Origin: a virus
IMG/VR virus record: IMGVR_UViG_3300029825_000007
Location: 1 to 64,000 of that record
Reading direction: 5' to 3' (one strand)
DNA length: 64,000 nucleotides
The notes beneath the pieces are model-generated. The model did not search any database. It was not told where the DNA came from and saw only the letters and a list, made by a program, of their open reading frames with translations. The position numbers were made by a program, and so were the translations under genes. Positions 40,805 through 50,861 of the stretch are shown one piece after another (within the stretch, counting starts at the first letter, position 1; every line of letters begins with the position of its first letter).

Positions 40805-42823
40805 TCAGTCTTCAAATGGGGAAATTTCATCCAATGGAGAAAAACCATCTTCGTCTTTATCCCACCCATAGATTTTATTTTCAGCTTCATAATTTTTGAG
40901 ACGTTTTGTCTCTTTTTCGTAGAAAAGTGGTACAAATACATCTTGTGTGCCACCATCTCTATCTTTTGCTATCTCTATAACATTTGTAGCGTCATAGATA
41001 GGGTTATCGTCTTTCCATGCGAACATCTGATGCGTTAAACGCTTGAAATCATCATTAACTCTATGAACAATAAAACCATTGTCAGCCGCATTTGTAAGAT
41101 CACCAGTTCCGGATATATCATCAAGCCTTAGGAATCCCATTGCTTTACGAGGATGCGCTACAAAAAGGATATGTACATTCTTCTCTTCTGCCAACTTTTT
41201 TAGCGACCATGTGAATTTGGATTGTGCATCATACTTATTCATATCAAGGCCAGATATATCGAAAGCCATTAAATTATCCAAAACAAGGAAGTCTAGTTTG
41301 TATTCATCTATAGCCTTTTCAAACTCTTTATATATTTGCGTGTAATTATTTCCATATGAATTGTTGAAAAGTACAAACTTTCTACCCATCCATTGTGCAA
41401 TTTTCTTCTGAATATCTTTCGGTGTATTGTAGTATCCTTCGAATTGCGTAGGTGCTACATGTGCTTTCCCGGCCGCTTGCTGATTCATCCACCGCATAAA
41501 GTTTTTAGGTGCTAATTCTCCTGAAAAGCATCCAACATTAAATCCATTATCAATGGCTGATAAAATCATTTGTGATAATATTGTTGACTTAGATGCCCCT
41601 CTCAGGCCTGATAAAACAGATATTTTACCTTTGCATAGACCTCTTAATCTATGGTCTAATTCATCAATTCCGGTCTTGATAAATGTTTCATCTACATGTG
41701 GCATATTAAAAATGCTTTCTGCTGTATAAAATAGCGGTTTTCCTTCTACAGGCTCTAGCTTTTTAGGTGGATGATTTGTATATATTCTTTTTTCATAGTT
41801 CATTTGTTTCTTCTCATATGCATCTGGTTCGTAAAGCATCCTGACATCACGCCATGTCTTTGTTGAACACGAATTGTGAAAACAGTGAAAACCGATAGAA
41901 CCATTGCTTAAACGAAAAATACAAGCATCTTTACCGGTGTGATTACTGTCAAAAGGGCATTCATTAAGGACATATTTGTACCCATTCGAAAAACTTTCTC
42001 TTGTGTATCCTACATTATATTTATTGAGCCATTCTTCAAGATCAAACTCTCTCGGATTGTAGTTGTTGTATGGCTGCGCAGGCTGTGGCTGTGGATAAAT
42101 ATCTGCTAATTTCTCAAGATATTTTGGGTCTGTAACCTTCAAACAGTCAGGGCAACCCACTATTCGGCTCATTCGGTGTGGTCTTAGCTTGCTGTCAGTA
42201 CCTTTTTGTGCCAATGTACCATATAATTTACATACTCTGGATGGGTTGAAATTTGTCATATCAACATCAATTTCATTATCCGTGAACAGCATGCTCAGAG
42301 TTTTTAAGCATTTCTCAAGCAGTTCCCTTTTATCAGGCTCATTTTTAAAATGAATTTTGTAAAGCAGATGAACTCCATTCCCACTAAATCCCAACAAGGG
42401 CTGTTCAAAACCGATACTTGCCATAAATTTATAAACAGCATTTCCTTTATCTTTAGCTTTCTGCAATTGTTCGGCTGTGGCAGATGTTCCGGTCGGTCTT
42501 TTTGGGTCTAAATCCACCATTAACCAATCATAGCCCACAACGTCATTATCGCTTGTTGTAGCCTTACTATGATATTGAAGTATATTCTTCTGCGAACGGT
42601 CGAAACATGCAGGATGTAAGGCGTTTAGGGTCATGTAGATGTTGTACTCACTTCCATCATGGAATATCTGTAAAGCATCAATTAAATGGTCTGCATCACA
42701 AAAGTATCCGCTATAAACTTTTTTATTTTCACAAATCACACGAATTTCAAAAAGTTGATTATCAGGTTTCATGATATTGATCGTTTTTCTTATCTCTTTT
42801 TCGTTAAATTGCGCTATTGCCAT
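40805..42823 (-). CDS. Bifunctional primase-polymerase / DnaB-like helicase
   Basis: N-terminal prim-pol-like region; zinc motif CPFDSNHTGKDACIF...FHCFHNSC; Walker A GLRGASKST and RecA-like C-terminal part. Confidence 0.75.
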   Translation of the reverse strand: MAIAQFNEKEIRKTINIMKPDNQLFEIRVICENKKVYSGYFCDADHLIDALQIFHDGSEYNIYMTLNALHPACFDRSQKNILQYHSKATTSDNDVVGYDWLMVDLDPKRPTGTSATAEQLQKAKDKGNAVYKFMASIGFEQPLLGFSGNGVHLLYKIHFKNEPDKRELLEKCLKTLSMLFTDNEIDVDMTNFNPSRVCKLYGTLAQKGTDSKLRPHRMSRIVGCPDCLKVTDPKYLEKLADIYPQPQPAQPYNNYNPREFDLEEWLNKYNVGYTRESFSNGYKYVLNECPFDSNHTGKDACIFRLSNGSIGFHCFHNSCSTKTWRDVRMLYEPDAYEKKQMNYEKRIYTNHPPKKLEPVEGKPLFYTAESIFNMPHVDETFIKTGIDELDHRLRGLCKGKISVLSGLRGASKSTILSQMILSAIDNGFNVGCFSGELAPKNFMRWMNQQAAGKAHVAPTQFEGYYNTPKDIQKKIAQWMGRKFVLFNNSYGNNYTQIYKEFEKAIDEYKLDFLVLDNLMAFDISGLDMNKYDAQSKFTWSLKKLAEEKNVHILFVAHPRKAMGFLRLDDISGTGDLTNAADNGFIVHRVNDDFKRLTHQMFAWKDDNPIYDATNVIEIAKDRDGGTQDVFVPLFYEKETKRLKNYEAENKIYGWDKDEDGFSPLDEISPFED

Positions 42824-43476
42824 CCTTGCTCCTCCCACAAATCTTCCATTGACATCTGTTCCGGTTCTTTTTTCTCTTTTGGAATTTCATTTTCATCTGG
42901 TAAATAATCTTGATATCCAGAATTAAGCCATGTGGAGCCATGCTTATATTGGAGATCAAAACCTCTTTTGCGTTGTTTCTCGACATCTTCCTTATATTTT
43001 TGTAGCGCATATTCCAAAGTGGGAAGACCGACTTTCTCAAGTTCTTTTTTCTTCTTTTTAGACACACTGGCTTTCCCTTTTTTGTTTGGATATTGTTTCC
43101 AAATTTCTTCAAAAACTGGAAATTCTTCTTCTTTTTTGTCTGGCTGCTTTTCTGGTTCTAGTTCTTCCATTGGATGCATTTTTTCGGATTCTCGCACAGT
43201 TACCATACGCATAGAACGCTTTTCAACCTCTTTTGAGCCGCTTTTATATATAATGTTGACAACTATATACCCTTTAGCCTTAAGGCTTCTTATGATGGCA
43301 CACACACGGTTCTTTGACAGGTCAAAAAAGTCTGCAAAATAAGCGTTTTGTGCAAAGCATCCGTCCCCACAATCTAAACTGTCTATCTCAACCAACATCA
43401 CTTTTTCTTCTAAAGTCAAGGTTTTATCTAGCCATATTTCTTTTGGTATCCATATACCTTTGAATCCTCTTTCCAT
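42814..43476 (-). CDS. Replisome organizer / replication initiator (wHTH N-terminus)
   Basis: GIWIPKEIWLDKTLTLEEKVMLVEIDSL...NRVCAIIRSLKAKGYI. Confidence 0.6.
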   Translation of the reverse strand: MERGFKGIWIPKEIWLDKTLTLEEKVMLVEIDSLDCGDGCFAQNAYFADFFDLSKNRVCAIIRSLKAKGYIVVNIIYKSGSKEVEKRSMRMVTVRESEKMHPMEELEPEKQPDKKEEEFPVFEEIWKQYPNKKGKASVSKKKKKELEKVGLPTLEYALQKYKEDVEKQRKRGFDLQYKHGSTWLNSGYQDYLPDENEIPKEKKEPEQMSMEDLWEEQGWQ

Positions 43477-43611
43477 TTTGAAAACTCCTTAGATGCAGGG
43501 GAACAAGTTAAAAAAGAGTATAAAAAACACAGATAGGCTTATTCCCCTATAAAATTCTTAATTTTATTCTTTTTTGTATTGGTCTCAAGTGATATTTGCT
43601 GATTGAAATTA

Positions 43612-44256
43612 TCAGCAGTCTGATGTGTGTAATAAATCTATAATTTTTTTACCTGTTTCGTTCGGACTGCAAAATTGAAATTCGCATCCATATTTTAACT
43701 GGCATGTTAACATTGATTTTGCTAGTGTCTCACCTTTTGTAGGCGGTTTCTTCGGTAATGGTATATTTTGCCACTTTCCTATATTGTGCATATATTTAAT
43801 CTTGTTGTATCTATGCATCCTCGGATTCTGCCATTTAAAGACATCATCAATTGTATGTATACTCGGTTCTTCCACAAGGATAATCATTTTAGCGTTCATC
43901 TTCTGTGCTAGAATTAATTCATCCCTGAATCTTGCATGACTTCCAGAACAGATATTACCAGCGACTTCCAGAAGATCTTTTTTAGTATCTACAGATATCA
44001 AGATATCTGCTATCAAATCGGCTTTTTTAAGCTTGTCCGCTCTGCGGTCGATAGTTTCTTGCATCTGGCCTGTAACAAGGCAATAATCACCAAATGGCAA
44101 AGGTATAGGTACTACCGTGTACCCCAATCTTTCAAGTTGTCTGTGCTTACTAGCATTATTCTTCCCATGAGAACCAGCAAACTGATTTTTGTCTGCGGCT
44201 ATTTTAAATGTCTGACTGATTGGCAATTTCTTCCAACTCCTTTCTGATTGTAACAT
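43612..44256 (-). CDS. ERCC4/Mus81-like nuclease (structure-specific endonuclease)
   Basis: LPFGDY...SVDTKKDLLEVAGN...RFRDEL pattern; start uncertain. Confidence 0.5.
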   Translation of the reverse strand: MLQSERSWKKLPISQTFKIAADKNQFAGSHGKNNASKHRQLERLGYTVVPIPLPFGDYCLVTGQMQETIDRRADKLKKADLIADILISVDTKKDLLEVAGNICSGSHARFRDELILAQKMNAKMIILVEEPSIHTIDDVFKWQNPRMHRYNKIKYMHNIGKWQNIPLPKKPPTKGETLAKSMLTCQLKYGCEFQFCSPNETGKKIIDLLHTSDC

Positions 44257-44584
44257 TTGTGTCTTCCTCAATTGCACCCCATACATCTTCTACAGATATA
44301 TAACCATCTTGAAATGCTTCGTACTGATGCAACATTTCGTCTTTAAACCTTGTTAAACGCTTTTCTCCCCATCCAAATTTATCATGCAATGCAATAATGG
44401 GTAATCCCATCAAAAGGTCAAAAGACGTATTCATAGCTTTCATAGTGATCTCTTGTTTCATAGCTTCAAGCTGTGATTCTGTAAGATTGTATGTACGTTC
44501 TTTCTTCTTTTGTTCTCTCTGCTGTCTGCGTAATTCTGCTCGTGTCATACCTCGCTCTTCTCCTTCTCTGGAATGTAATAGCAT
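44204..44584 (-). CDS. Hypothetical protein
   Basis: 126-aa ORF. Confidence 0.4.
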   Translation of the reverse strand: MLLHSREGEERGMTRAELRRQQREQKKKERTYNLTESQLEAMKQEITMKAMNTSFDLLMGLPIIALHDKFGWGEKRLTRFKDEMLHQYEAFQDGYISVEDVWGAIEEDTNVTIRKELEEIANQSDI

Positions 44585-44775
44585 CTTAAATCGTTTGCAT
44601 AAAATTCGACAATACTGTTAAATACTCTTTTTGCTCTGATCGGCGATTTGTATATCCCTAATATTCCTGTTTCGCCTGACAAAGTTTTATAACAAATTCT
44701 TTCGTCAACGATGCTCAATATTTCGATATTGTCAAAGTTAATTATTATATTTTTATCCTGACTTATGATTAACAT
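44545..44775 (-). CDS. Hypothetical protein
   Basis: 76-aa ORF. Confidence 0.4.
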   Translation of the reverse strand: MLIISQDKNIIINFDNIEILSIVDERICYKTLSGETGILGIYKSPIRAKRVFNSIVEFYANDLRCYYIPEKEKSEV

Positions 44776-44859
44776 TTTTTATGCCATCCAATCTCTAAAT
44801 TTTTTTTATATACTCGAACCCAATCTCCATTAATTCTCATATAATTATCCTCTTTTTAT

Positions 44860-45075
44860 TTAATTACAGTTCCGCGTCTTGCCAGTTCCCACAGCGGATT
44901 GAAGTAGTCTGGAATATCCGCATCTGTGAGTACATTTTTCTGTGCACCGCTGACAGCATTTTTCATATCCGCAGTAGCAATCGCATTTTTTTAAAGTGGC
45001 TGCACAGGCTTTTTCTGTGAATCTTGCCATTGGCTCCGGCTTTAAGAAGTCAAATATATCCATCTGTCCATTCAT
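44860..45075 (-). CDS. Cys-rich protein
   Basis: CDCYCGYEKCCQRCTEKCTHRC; start set at MNGQMDIF. Confidence 0.4.
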   Translation of the reverse strand: MNGQMDIFDFLKPEPMARFTEKACAATLKKCDCYCGYEKCCQRCTEKCTHRCGYSRLLQSAVGTGKTRNCN

Positions 45076-45152
45076 GTCTTCACCGCCTTTTCTAAAAGGA
45101 GCCGGGATTCCTATTACAGTGGTCACTGCTCCAACTCTTTTCTATAATTTAA

Positions 45153-45872
45153 TTATTTAATCCCTGTACTGCCAATTCCACCTCTATTTGTATCAGATAG
45201 TTTGTCCACGGTTTCAAACACTATTTTCGGTTGATTCCTGACTATCCTGAACTGGCAGATACGATCATTCTTATGTATCTCCGTATCTCGTAACGCATAC
45301 GCCGGAAAATGCCATATATCTTCATTACCCGAATAACTATTATCTATTACTCCCATGTGGTTCGTTTGAATAATACCAAAATTCTTAAACGTAGAACTTC
45401 TAGGCACAACATGTGCTTCATATCCATCAGGAAGTTTCATGGCAAATCCTAATGATATGAGTTTAAATTCTCCTTTTTTTAAAGAAACGTTTTCTGCTGA
45501 TCTTAAGTCTATCCAATCACCGCCTATTTTTTGCTCCATTGGAATCATATCTGGTTCTGCATATCTCACAAAAACAGGATATTTAAATCGTTCCATCCTT
45601 TCATCTTTATCTGAAAGATATACTCTACTTAACTTTTCTCCATGATTGCTTGTTTTCATTGCTTGTATCACTTTCATTGCTTTCAATTCACTATTCGTTT
45701 TAAGCTCATGTTCATTTACCCACCGAAATGGAAACTTTTCACTGTTTACTTCTATAAAATAATCATTTTGATCTGTTATTTTATCGTGTATCATACTCTT
45801 TACGATTGCTGTCTTCCACTCATTATCTGTAAATAAATTCACCTGCTGTTCTATTTCAAATTTATATTTCAT
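45153..45872 (-). CDS. dut: dUTPase with an N-terminal extension
   Basis: C-terminal AHVVPRSS...[12 protein letters not shown]...RICQFRI (trimeric dUTPase motifs). Confidence 0.75.
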   Translation of the reverse strand: MKYKFEIEQQVNLFTDNEWKTAIVKSMIHDKITDQNDYFIEVNSEKFPFRWVNEHELKTNSELKAMKVIQAMKTSNHGEKLSRVYLSDKDERMERFKYPVFVRYAEPDMIPMEQKIGGDWIDLRSAENVSLKKGEFKLISLGFAMKLPDGYEAHVVPRSSTFKNFGIIQTNHMGVIDNSYSGNEDIWHFPAYALRDTEIHKNDRICQFRIVRNQPKIVFETVDKLSDTNRGGIGSTGIK

Positions 45873-45883
45873 CTTCTTCCTCC

Positions 45884-46195
45884 CTACTTTTCATCTATAA
45901 TCACCGTTCCGGTTGTATAGTAAATCACATGGCGTTTGCCATTCTCATCATCAAACTTAATCCTATTACTATCATAATCAACATCAAATTTCCCTTTATA
46001 TTTTTTTATCACATCACCTTCAAAGTCATATACAGTAACTTCTCTCTCAATGCCACCAGATACATTACTTTTAAGATCTTTAACTGTTCGCTTTCCTGAT
46101 TCTGTTCTTGTAAATCCTATAACTGCTCCACATAACACTGCTAAAATTCCTATAACAATAACTGTATTTTTAATATAATCTTTATTTATCTTCAT
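45884..46195 (-). CDS. Membrane-anchored hypothetical protein
   Basis: N-terminal [19 protein letters not shown]. Confidence 0.4.
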   Translation of the reverse strand: MKINKDYIKNTVIVIGILAVLCGAVIGFTRTESGKRTVKDLKSNVSGGIEREVTVYDFEGDVIKKYKGKFDVDYDSNRIKFDDENGKRHVIYYTTGTVIIDEK

Positions 46196-46395
46196 TCCGC
46201 ATCCTCCTCTGGTGGATTCATAAACTTACTCATATAAAACGGTTCAAACTCATCTGTACAACACTGCCATTCTTTCCCATTCCCTACATCTACACCATAC
46301 TTAGGTTCCTTTGGCCCCGGATGTACATATGTAATCACTCCCGGTACCTTATATAAATTTGTTTTGATCGCAACCCATTGCCCGTATTTAAACAT
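46192..46395 (-). CDS. Hypothetical protein
   Basis: Start set at MFKYGQW with AGGAGG RBS. Confidence 0.4.
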   Translation of the reverse strand: MFKYGQWVAIKTNLYKVPGVITYVHPGPKEPKYGVDVGNGKEWQCCTDEFEPFYMSKFMNPPEEDAE

Positions 46396-46405
46396 TTGTA
46401 TCCTC

Positions 46406-46813
46406 CTAGTCTTCAGTATTTTCTTCATACTCAAATCTGGATATTATTTTCACATGATCATCGGTAACTTTAAGCATTTCCGCAACTCCACATTTGAGAT
46501 CAGCAATTGTATCACTTGTTACTTTCCTTAGCTTATCAAGGTTATCATAATCCAAATTTACTTGAGAATAGCCAATGCTCCCTTCTCCTCCATACATTTC
46601 AGAATCTGATATTTCAAAATAAATTGCTACTGTAACGTCCATCTCTATCCTTTCCGGCAGAGGACTACTCCCCTGCCTAACAATGATATCATTCTGTTTC
46701 TTGCCTTCTCTCACTGGTTTCATCCACTTTATCGGCTCTACGTCTTTCATGGATTCTGCATATGTAATAGGGCTTTCTACGTAGTTTAGATGATCGAATA
46801 GTTTATTTTTCAT
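46406..46813 (-). CDS. Hypothetical protein
   Basis: 135-aa ORF. Confidence 0.4.
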   Translation of the reverse strand: MKNKLFDHLNYVESPITYAESMKDVEPIKWMKPVREGKKQNDIIVRQGSSPLPERIEMDVTVAIYFEISDSEMYGGEGSIGYSQVNLDYDNLDKLRKVTSDTIADLKCGVAEMLKVTDDHVKIISRFEYEENTED

Positions 46814-46840
46814 TCTTCTTTTCCCCTGTCTTATATGGAG

Positions 46841-47992
46841 TTATCTGTTGTGCAACTTAATTCCTTCTTTGCCCATGATGTACACTTTTTCGCCAATTAA
46901 GACTGCGTAAAGCATTTCACCAGATCTGTAGTGCTTTGCTTTCGCCATCACAATTCCAATATCTCCATTTTTAGGGTCGTGAAATTCGTTCCACTGATTT
47001 GCAAATTTAGGCAAATATTTGTCTATCCATTCCTCATAAAGGGAGTAGCAGGCTTTGCTATTCACAATTTCAACCGTATCACAAACTTTAATTTCTTTAT
47101 TGGAGGGTTTTAGCTTTTCAATCTCCGCTTCAAGCTTTTCACATTCATCAGCAAACCTTTTGACTTTTCTCTCTAAATACTGGGCTTCGCTTGTAAGGTC
47201 GGCATTCATGCTTTCTAATTCCTTGACTTTATCTTTGGATTTCTCGTTTTCGTCCACCAGTTCCTTGTTAATCTCTTTCTGCTTGGATAACTGTTCTTCC
47301 AGATCATCAATCCGATTTGTGGCATGTGCATAATCTCTAATCAATTCTGCGTGCTCATCAACCAGTTCCTTATTGATCTCTTTCTGTTTCGACAACTGTT
47401 CTTTCAAATTCGCTTTTTCTTCGCCCAGATTATGCACAGCAGTATCTTTATTCCTTTTCAACTGTGCAAAATTTTCAGCCCAACTCGTATTCGAAATTTC
47501 CAGATCACGGATTCTTTCTTTCAGCTGTTCGTTCTCTTTTTTCGCATCCTTGGACACCTCTGGAAATCCCATCAGTCGGCTATACGCAATGTCCGAGCCT
47601 ATCTCAAAATCATACTCATCATCTGGATGGCACCTCGCAACTGCGGTTTTTGTTATATCTGTCATACCTCCACGAGATGTGTATATAGCAAGTGTTTTAT
47701 TTCCGTCTCTGATTATGGTTATCGCTTGAGTGTTGTCTTCCATATCTTTTTCCTCCAATTTTTTAAGATTCTGTCCATAAGTCATTACGCTTGTGTCTCC
47801 GACATCAACAACATATCTTCCCAAAGGTGTGACTCTGATTATCTTTGCATTTTTTCCATTCCAGATCACTCTATCCCCAACTTCCAATTTAAATAACTTT
47901 CCCGCCGTGTTTATACGGACGTTTCTTGTTATATTCCATTTTTTCTCTAATAGCTGATTCCAAATCAATGCCATAATGGCCGCACATATCAA
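46841..47992 (-). CDS. Coiled-coil protein with a duplicated EQLSKQKEINKELVDE motif; start uncertain
   Basis: Long heptad region; a probable internal start is MEDNTQ, preceded by GGAGG. Confidence 0.45.
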   Translation of the reverse strand: MICAAIMALIWNQLLEKKWNITRNVRINTAGKLFKLEVGDRVIWNGKNAKIIRVTPLGRYVVDVGDTSVMTYGQNLKKLEEKDMEDNTQAITIIRDGNKTLAIYTSRGGMTDITKTAVARCHPDDEYDFEIGSDIAYSRLMGFPEVSKDAKKENEQLKERIRDLEISNTSWAENFAQLKRNKDTAVHNLGEEKANLKEQLSKQKEINKELVDEHAELIRDYAHATNRIDDLEEQLSKQKEINKELVDENEKSKDKVKELESMNADLTSEAQYLERKVKRFADECEKLEAEIEKLKPSNKEIKVCDTVEIVNSKACYSLYEEWIDKYLPKFANQWNEFHDPKNGDIGIVMAKAKHYRSGEMLYAVLIGEKVYIMGKEGIKLHNR

Positions 47993-48209
47993 ACACGCGA
48001 ATCACAACATCAGCCAATTCAAACGGAATGCCACCGGCTGGGGAATAAAATTCTTTCGGATCAAGTCCTCTCCGGTATTCTTCCAATGCCTCTGACAATT
48101 CGCTGTGGCATAAAGCTATCAAGGTTCCAAAATCCGGTTCCTTCTCCCACCAACCATGTTCTACCGCTGTTTTATGTGCTTCTTTTACCAATTCATTTAT
48201 TTGTCCCAT
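47889..48209 (-). CDS. mazG: MazG-like nucleotide pyrophosphohydrolase
   Basis: HGWWE...ALCHSELSEALEEYR...ELADVVIRVFD (EExxE/D helix pattern). Confidence 0.7.
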   Translation of the reverse strand: MGQINELVKEAHKTAVEHGWWEKEPDFGTLIALCHSELSEALEEYRRGLDPKEFYSPAGGIPFELADVVIRVFDMCGHYGIDLESAIREKMEYNKKRPYKHGGKVI

Positions 48210-48501
48210 CTTCACTTTCGTCCATTGCTTCCAGACGTTCAAACGTCTTTTCGTATTTGGCTTTCAGATCCGCTACCTCCCGGCATTTATCTGCGTATAG
48301 CTTATCTATTTCTAGTAGCTGTTCCGGTGTCAGGCCGATATCTTCATAGGCTGCAAGCTTGTTAATCGCTTCTCCATCATACGCTCTTATTTCTTCACAA
48401 CGACGGTAATATAATCCATCCACGGATGTCAAACCTCTATCATAGACTGTCTTGTCTGTGTACCAATGTCCGTATGTATCACGCTTAGTTAATCTATTCA
48501 T
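48193..48501 (-). CDS. Hypothetical protein with LAAYEDxGLTPE motif
   Basis: Motif shared with 51074..51409. Confidence 0.45.
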   Translation of the reverse strand: MNRLTKRDTYGHWYTDKTVYDRGLTSVDGLYYRRCEEIRAYDGEAINKLAAYEDIGLTPEQLLEIDKLYADKCREVADLKAKYEKTFERLEAMDESEDGTNK

Positions 48502-48503
48502 CC

Positions 48504-48779
48504 TTAATCCTCCACTTCACTATCCTGCGGCATCTGAAAACTATATCTAAATCTTTCCGATTGATTCTCCCATGCATCCTGTATCATATCCAGCGCCTTG
48601 ATTGCCGCTTCTTTTGTGCGATACTAGCCAAGCCTAGCTGAAGGTATATCAATTACAAAACGTTTGCTTTTATCATCGTCCAAATTAGTGTAACTGTTGC
48701 CTACCATTCCATAAGCGCATACTTTTTCTACGTTGTTTAGATTTATTAGTCTTGCCTTGTCCTGACTTCTAATTAACAT
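48504..48779 (-). pseudogene. Small gene interrupted by one in-frame TAG (codon 52 of 91)
   Basis: GAAGGAGG RBS + ATG at 48779; TAG at 48624-48626; frame continues 39 codons to the TAA at 48504; its 3-prime end carries the RBS of the next gene. Confidence 0.55.
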
Positions 48780-48801
48780 TCCCTATTCCTCCTTCATAAA
48801 T

Positions 48802-49635
48802 CTATACCCCGGTACCCGTATAGCCCGTTGGGTTTACCGGCATCACACCTGGCATATCTGTAAATGAAATCTGATCATCTCTATAATTCAGCATTTCTTC
48901 CTTTGCCCTGCGGTAAAAATCTTTCGATATCTCAAACCCATACCCATTTCTTTTAGTTTCTTGACACGCTCTAAGCGTTGAACCGCTACCTGCGCATGGG
49001 TCTATCACAACGTCTCCCTCATCTGTAAATATTTCTATAAGCCTTTTCAATACATTTACTGGTTTTTGTGCTGGATGAATTTTGGGATATTCTTTTGTGC
49101 TGTCTCTCTTCCACTCAAACCAATTGAATACCATTTTCCCATTATTCCTAAACTTTGGAAGTTTGTTCCTGTAAAGAAGCAATGCGTATTCAGTAGCACC
49201 GCATACCCTCATGTTCGCTTTCAGCACCTGAGGACTATAATTTTTACAGAAGATCAGTGGAATGTTATGTTTAAATCCATATTTTTCGGCGTATTTAATA
49301 ACCGTCTGTATCTGCTCGAAACTACAAAATACTATCATGCACGGAGCATCAGAAGACTTTCCTCTCCCGTTGCTCTTCTCCGGTTCCTTTTTCAGCAGCC
49401 GATTGCAAAAATGGAAGTATTCCGCAATGTTAAAATTAAAATCTGTGTTAAATGCCGCCTTTTTAGCAAGCTTGCTTTCCCCGTTTTTATTGTCCCCGCC
49501 TATGTACCACATGGGATTGGAACCATAAAAGTTATTGCCTATGTTGTACGGGATATCTGCGATTACAAGCTGTGCTTTTGGTATCCCATACCTTTTATAA
49601 TTCTGGAAATTGTCATTAATTAATTCTGTTTTCAT
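48802..49635 (-). CDS. DNA methyltransferase (beta-class N6A/N4C)
   Basis: Motif IV ADIPYN near the N-terminus; motif I VIDPCAGSGST near the C-terminus. Confidence 0.8.
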   Translation of the reverse strand: MKTELINDNFQNYKRYGIPKAQLVIADIPYNIGNNFYGSNPMWYIGGDNKNGESKLAKKAAFNTDFNFNIAEYFHFCNRLLKKEPEKSNGRGKSSDAPCMIVFCSFEQIQTVIKYAEKYGFKHNIPLIFCKNYSPQVLKANMRVCGATEYALLLYRNKLPKFRNNGKMVFNWFEWKRDSTKEYPKIHPAQKPVNVLKRLIEIFTDEGDVVIDPCAGSGSTLRACQETKRNGYGFEISKDFYRRAKEEMLNYRDDQISFTDMPGVMPVNPTGYTGTGV

Positions 49636-49695
49636 ATTTTTTTAGAAGCCCGGTATACCCTTACCTCTGCAGAAGGCTGGCTCCTTTCTATTTTG

Positions 49696-50373
49696 CTATT
49701 CTGTGTATGCAAACATTTCTTCCTGTGTGTATCCGCTTCCTGCATCATCCACGAAATCAAATAAATTCATTTGTGATGAATATTCAGAAAGTCTTTTGCT
49801 TGCCAATTCGTAATATTGTTTATCAAATTCAAACCCGACATAATCAAGTCCGTTTTTTCTGCACGCTATGAGGCTGCTTGCACTGCCTACATGTGTATCC
49901 AGTATCTTGTCTCCCTTTCTTGCGTATTTATTTAGAATCCAGTCGTATAGGTCTACTGGTTTCTGTGTCGCATGGATTCTGTCTCTTTCATTGCTCATGC
50001 CGACCCATTCTTTTGAGGTCCCGTCAAGATTAGTCCACGCATATTCACACATCGAAAAACTCATGGATTCCGATATTTGAGGCTTCCTCCATATTAAAAA
50101 ACATTTTGTTGGTGGAAGGTCAAAGTAATTTCCACCCCATATGATTGATTTTCTACTTACTCTGAATAATTCATGGAAATACTTTTTATCTGGTGCTGAA
50201 TTATCCCAATATGCTTTTGGGTAATCACTCTTTTTATCTCCACTTCTGCGCCCCATATTGTTGTTTATGTTAATTCCATATGGAGGGTCTACAATGGCCA
50301 AATCAAAATATTTATCCGGGAATTGCTTCATCCCCTCCATGCAATCCATGTTGTAAAACCCAAAGTCTAACAT
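49696..50373 (-). CDS. DNA methyltransferase (beta-class N6A/N4C)
   Basis: IVDPPYG, then THVGSASSLIAC; start uncertain (no good RBS). Confidence 0.75.
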   Translation of the reverse strand: MLDFGFYNMDCMEGMKQFPDKYFDLAIVDPPYGININNNMGRRSGDKKSDYPKAYWDNSAPDKKYFHELFRVSRKSIIWGGNYFDLPPTKCFLIWRKPQISESMSFSMCEYAWTNLDGTSKEWVGMSNERDRIHATQKPVDLYDWILNKYARKGDKILDTHVGSASSLIACRKNGLDYVGFEFDKQYYELASKRLSEYSSQMNLFDFVDDAGSGYTQEEMFAYTE

Positions 50374-50380
50374 ATTTTCC

Positions 50381-50418
50381 AAAAAGGAACCGATGCATCT
50401 TTACCCGGCCGGGGTTCC
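50381..50418 (-). terminator. Hairpin + T-run after the zinc-ribbon gene
   Basis: GGAACC...GGTTCC followed by TTTTT on the minus strand. Confidence 0.5.
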
Positions 50419-50438
50419 GACTCCTTTCTTAGATTTTT

Positions 50439-50612
50439 CTATTTTGCTGCAATCGCTTCTGTGCTCAAAATATCAAGCCTCATGATTGACTCCAACAACA
50501 CCTTGCTGTTATAAACAAAGGCTCCACAGTTCTTACACTTTCTTTGCAATTCTTTGTCTTTAGTTTCATATCGTCTTACAAACCCACAATTAGGGCATAT
50601 GTATTTCTTCAT
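50439..50612 (-). CDS. Zinc-ribbon protein (57 aa), absent from the ORF track
   Basis: CPNCG...CKNCG. Confidence 0.5.
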   Translation of the reverse strand: MKKYICPNCGFVRRYETKDKELQRKCKNCGAFVYNSKVLLESIMRLDILSTEAIAAK

Positions 50613-50637
50613 GTTGTTTTCTCCTCTAAATGGCGGT

Positions 50638-50826
50638 TTAGTGATTCAATTTTTCACACCAATCACCATTAATCTTCCTCATGGTGTAATCTCCTGTTAT
50701 AATCCTGTCACTACAGTCAATTGTCATCTCTTCACAATTAACAGAAATAGTCACACAAGTCATATCTGGATATAATTCTCTTATAATTTCCAATATCTCT
50801 TTATGCTTCTTGTCTTTATTCGTCAT
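50638..50826 (-). CDS. Hypothetical protein
   Basis: Start set at MTNKDKK. Confidence 0.4.
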   Translation of the reverse strand: MTNKDKKHKEILEIIRELYPDMTCVTISVNCEEMTIDCSDRIITGDYTMRKINGDWCEKLNH

Positions 50827-50861
50827 ACCTACTTCTTTCCCCGGCTCAGCAGCCGGACGCT

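Noticed and set aside
42804-43112. 102-aa minus-strand ORF
   Set aside because: It is an alternative frame of the replisome organizer gene, with a K/R-rich low-complexity translation.
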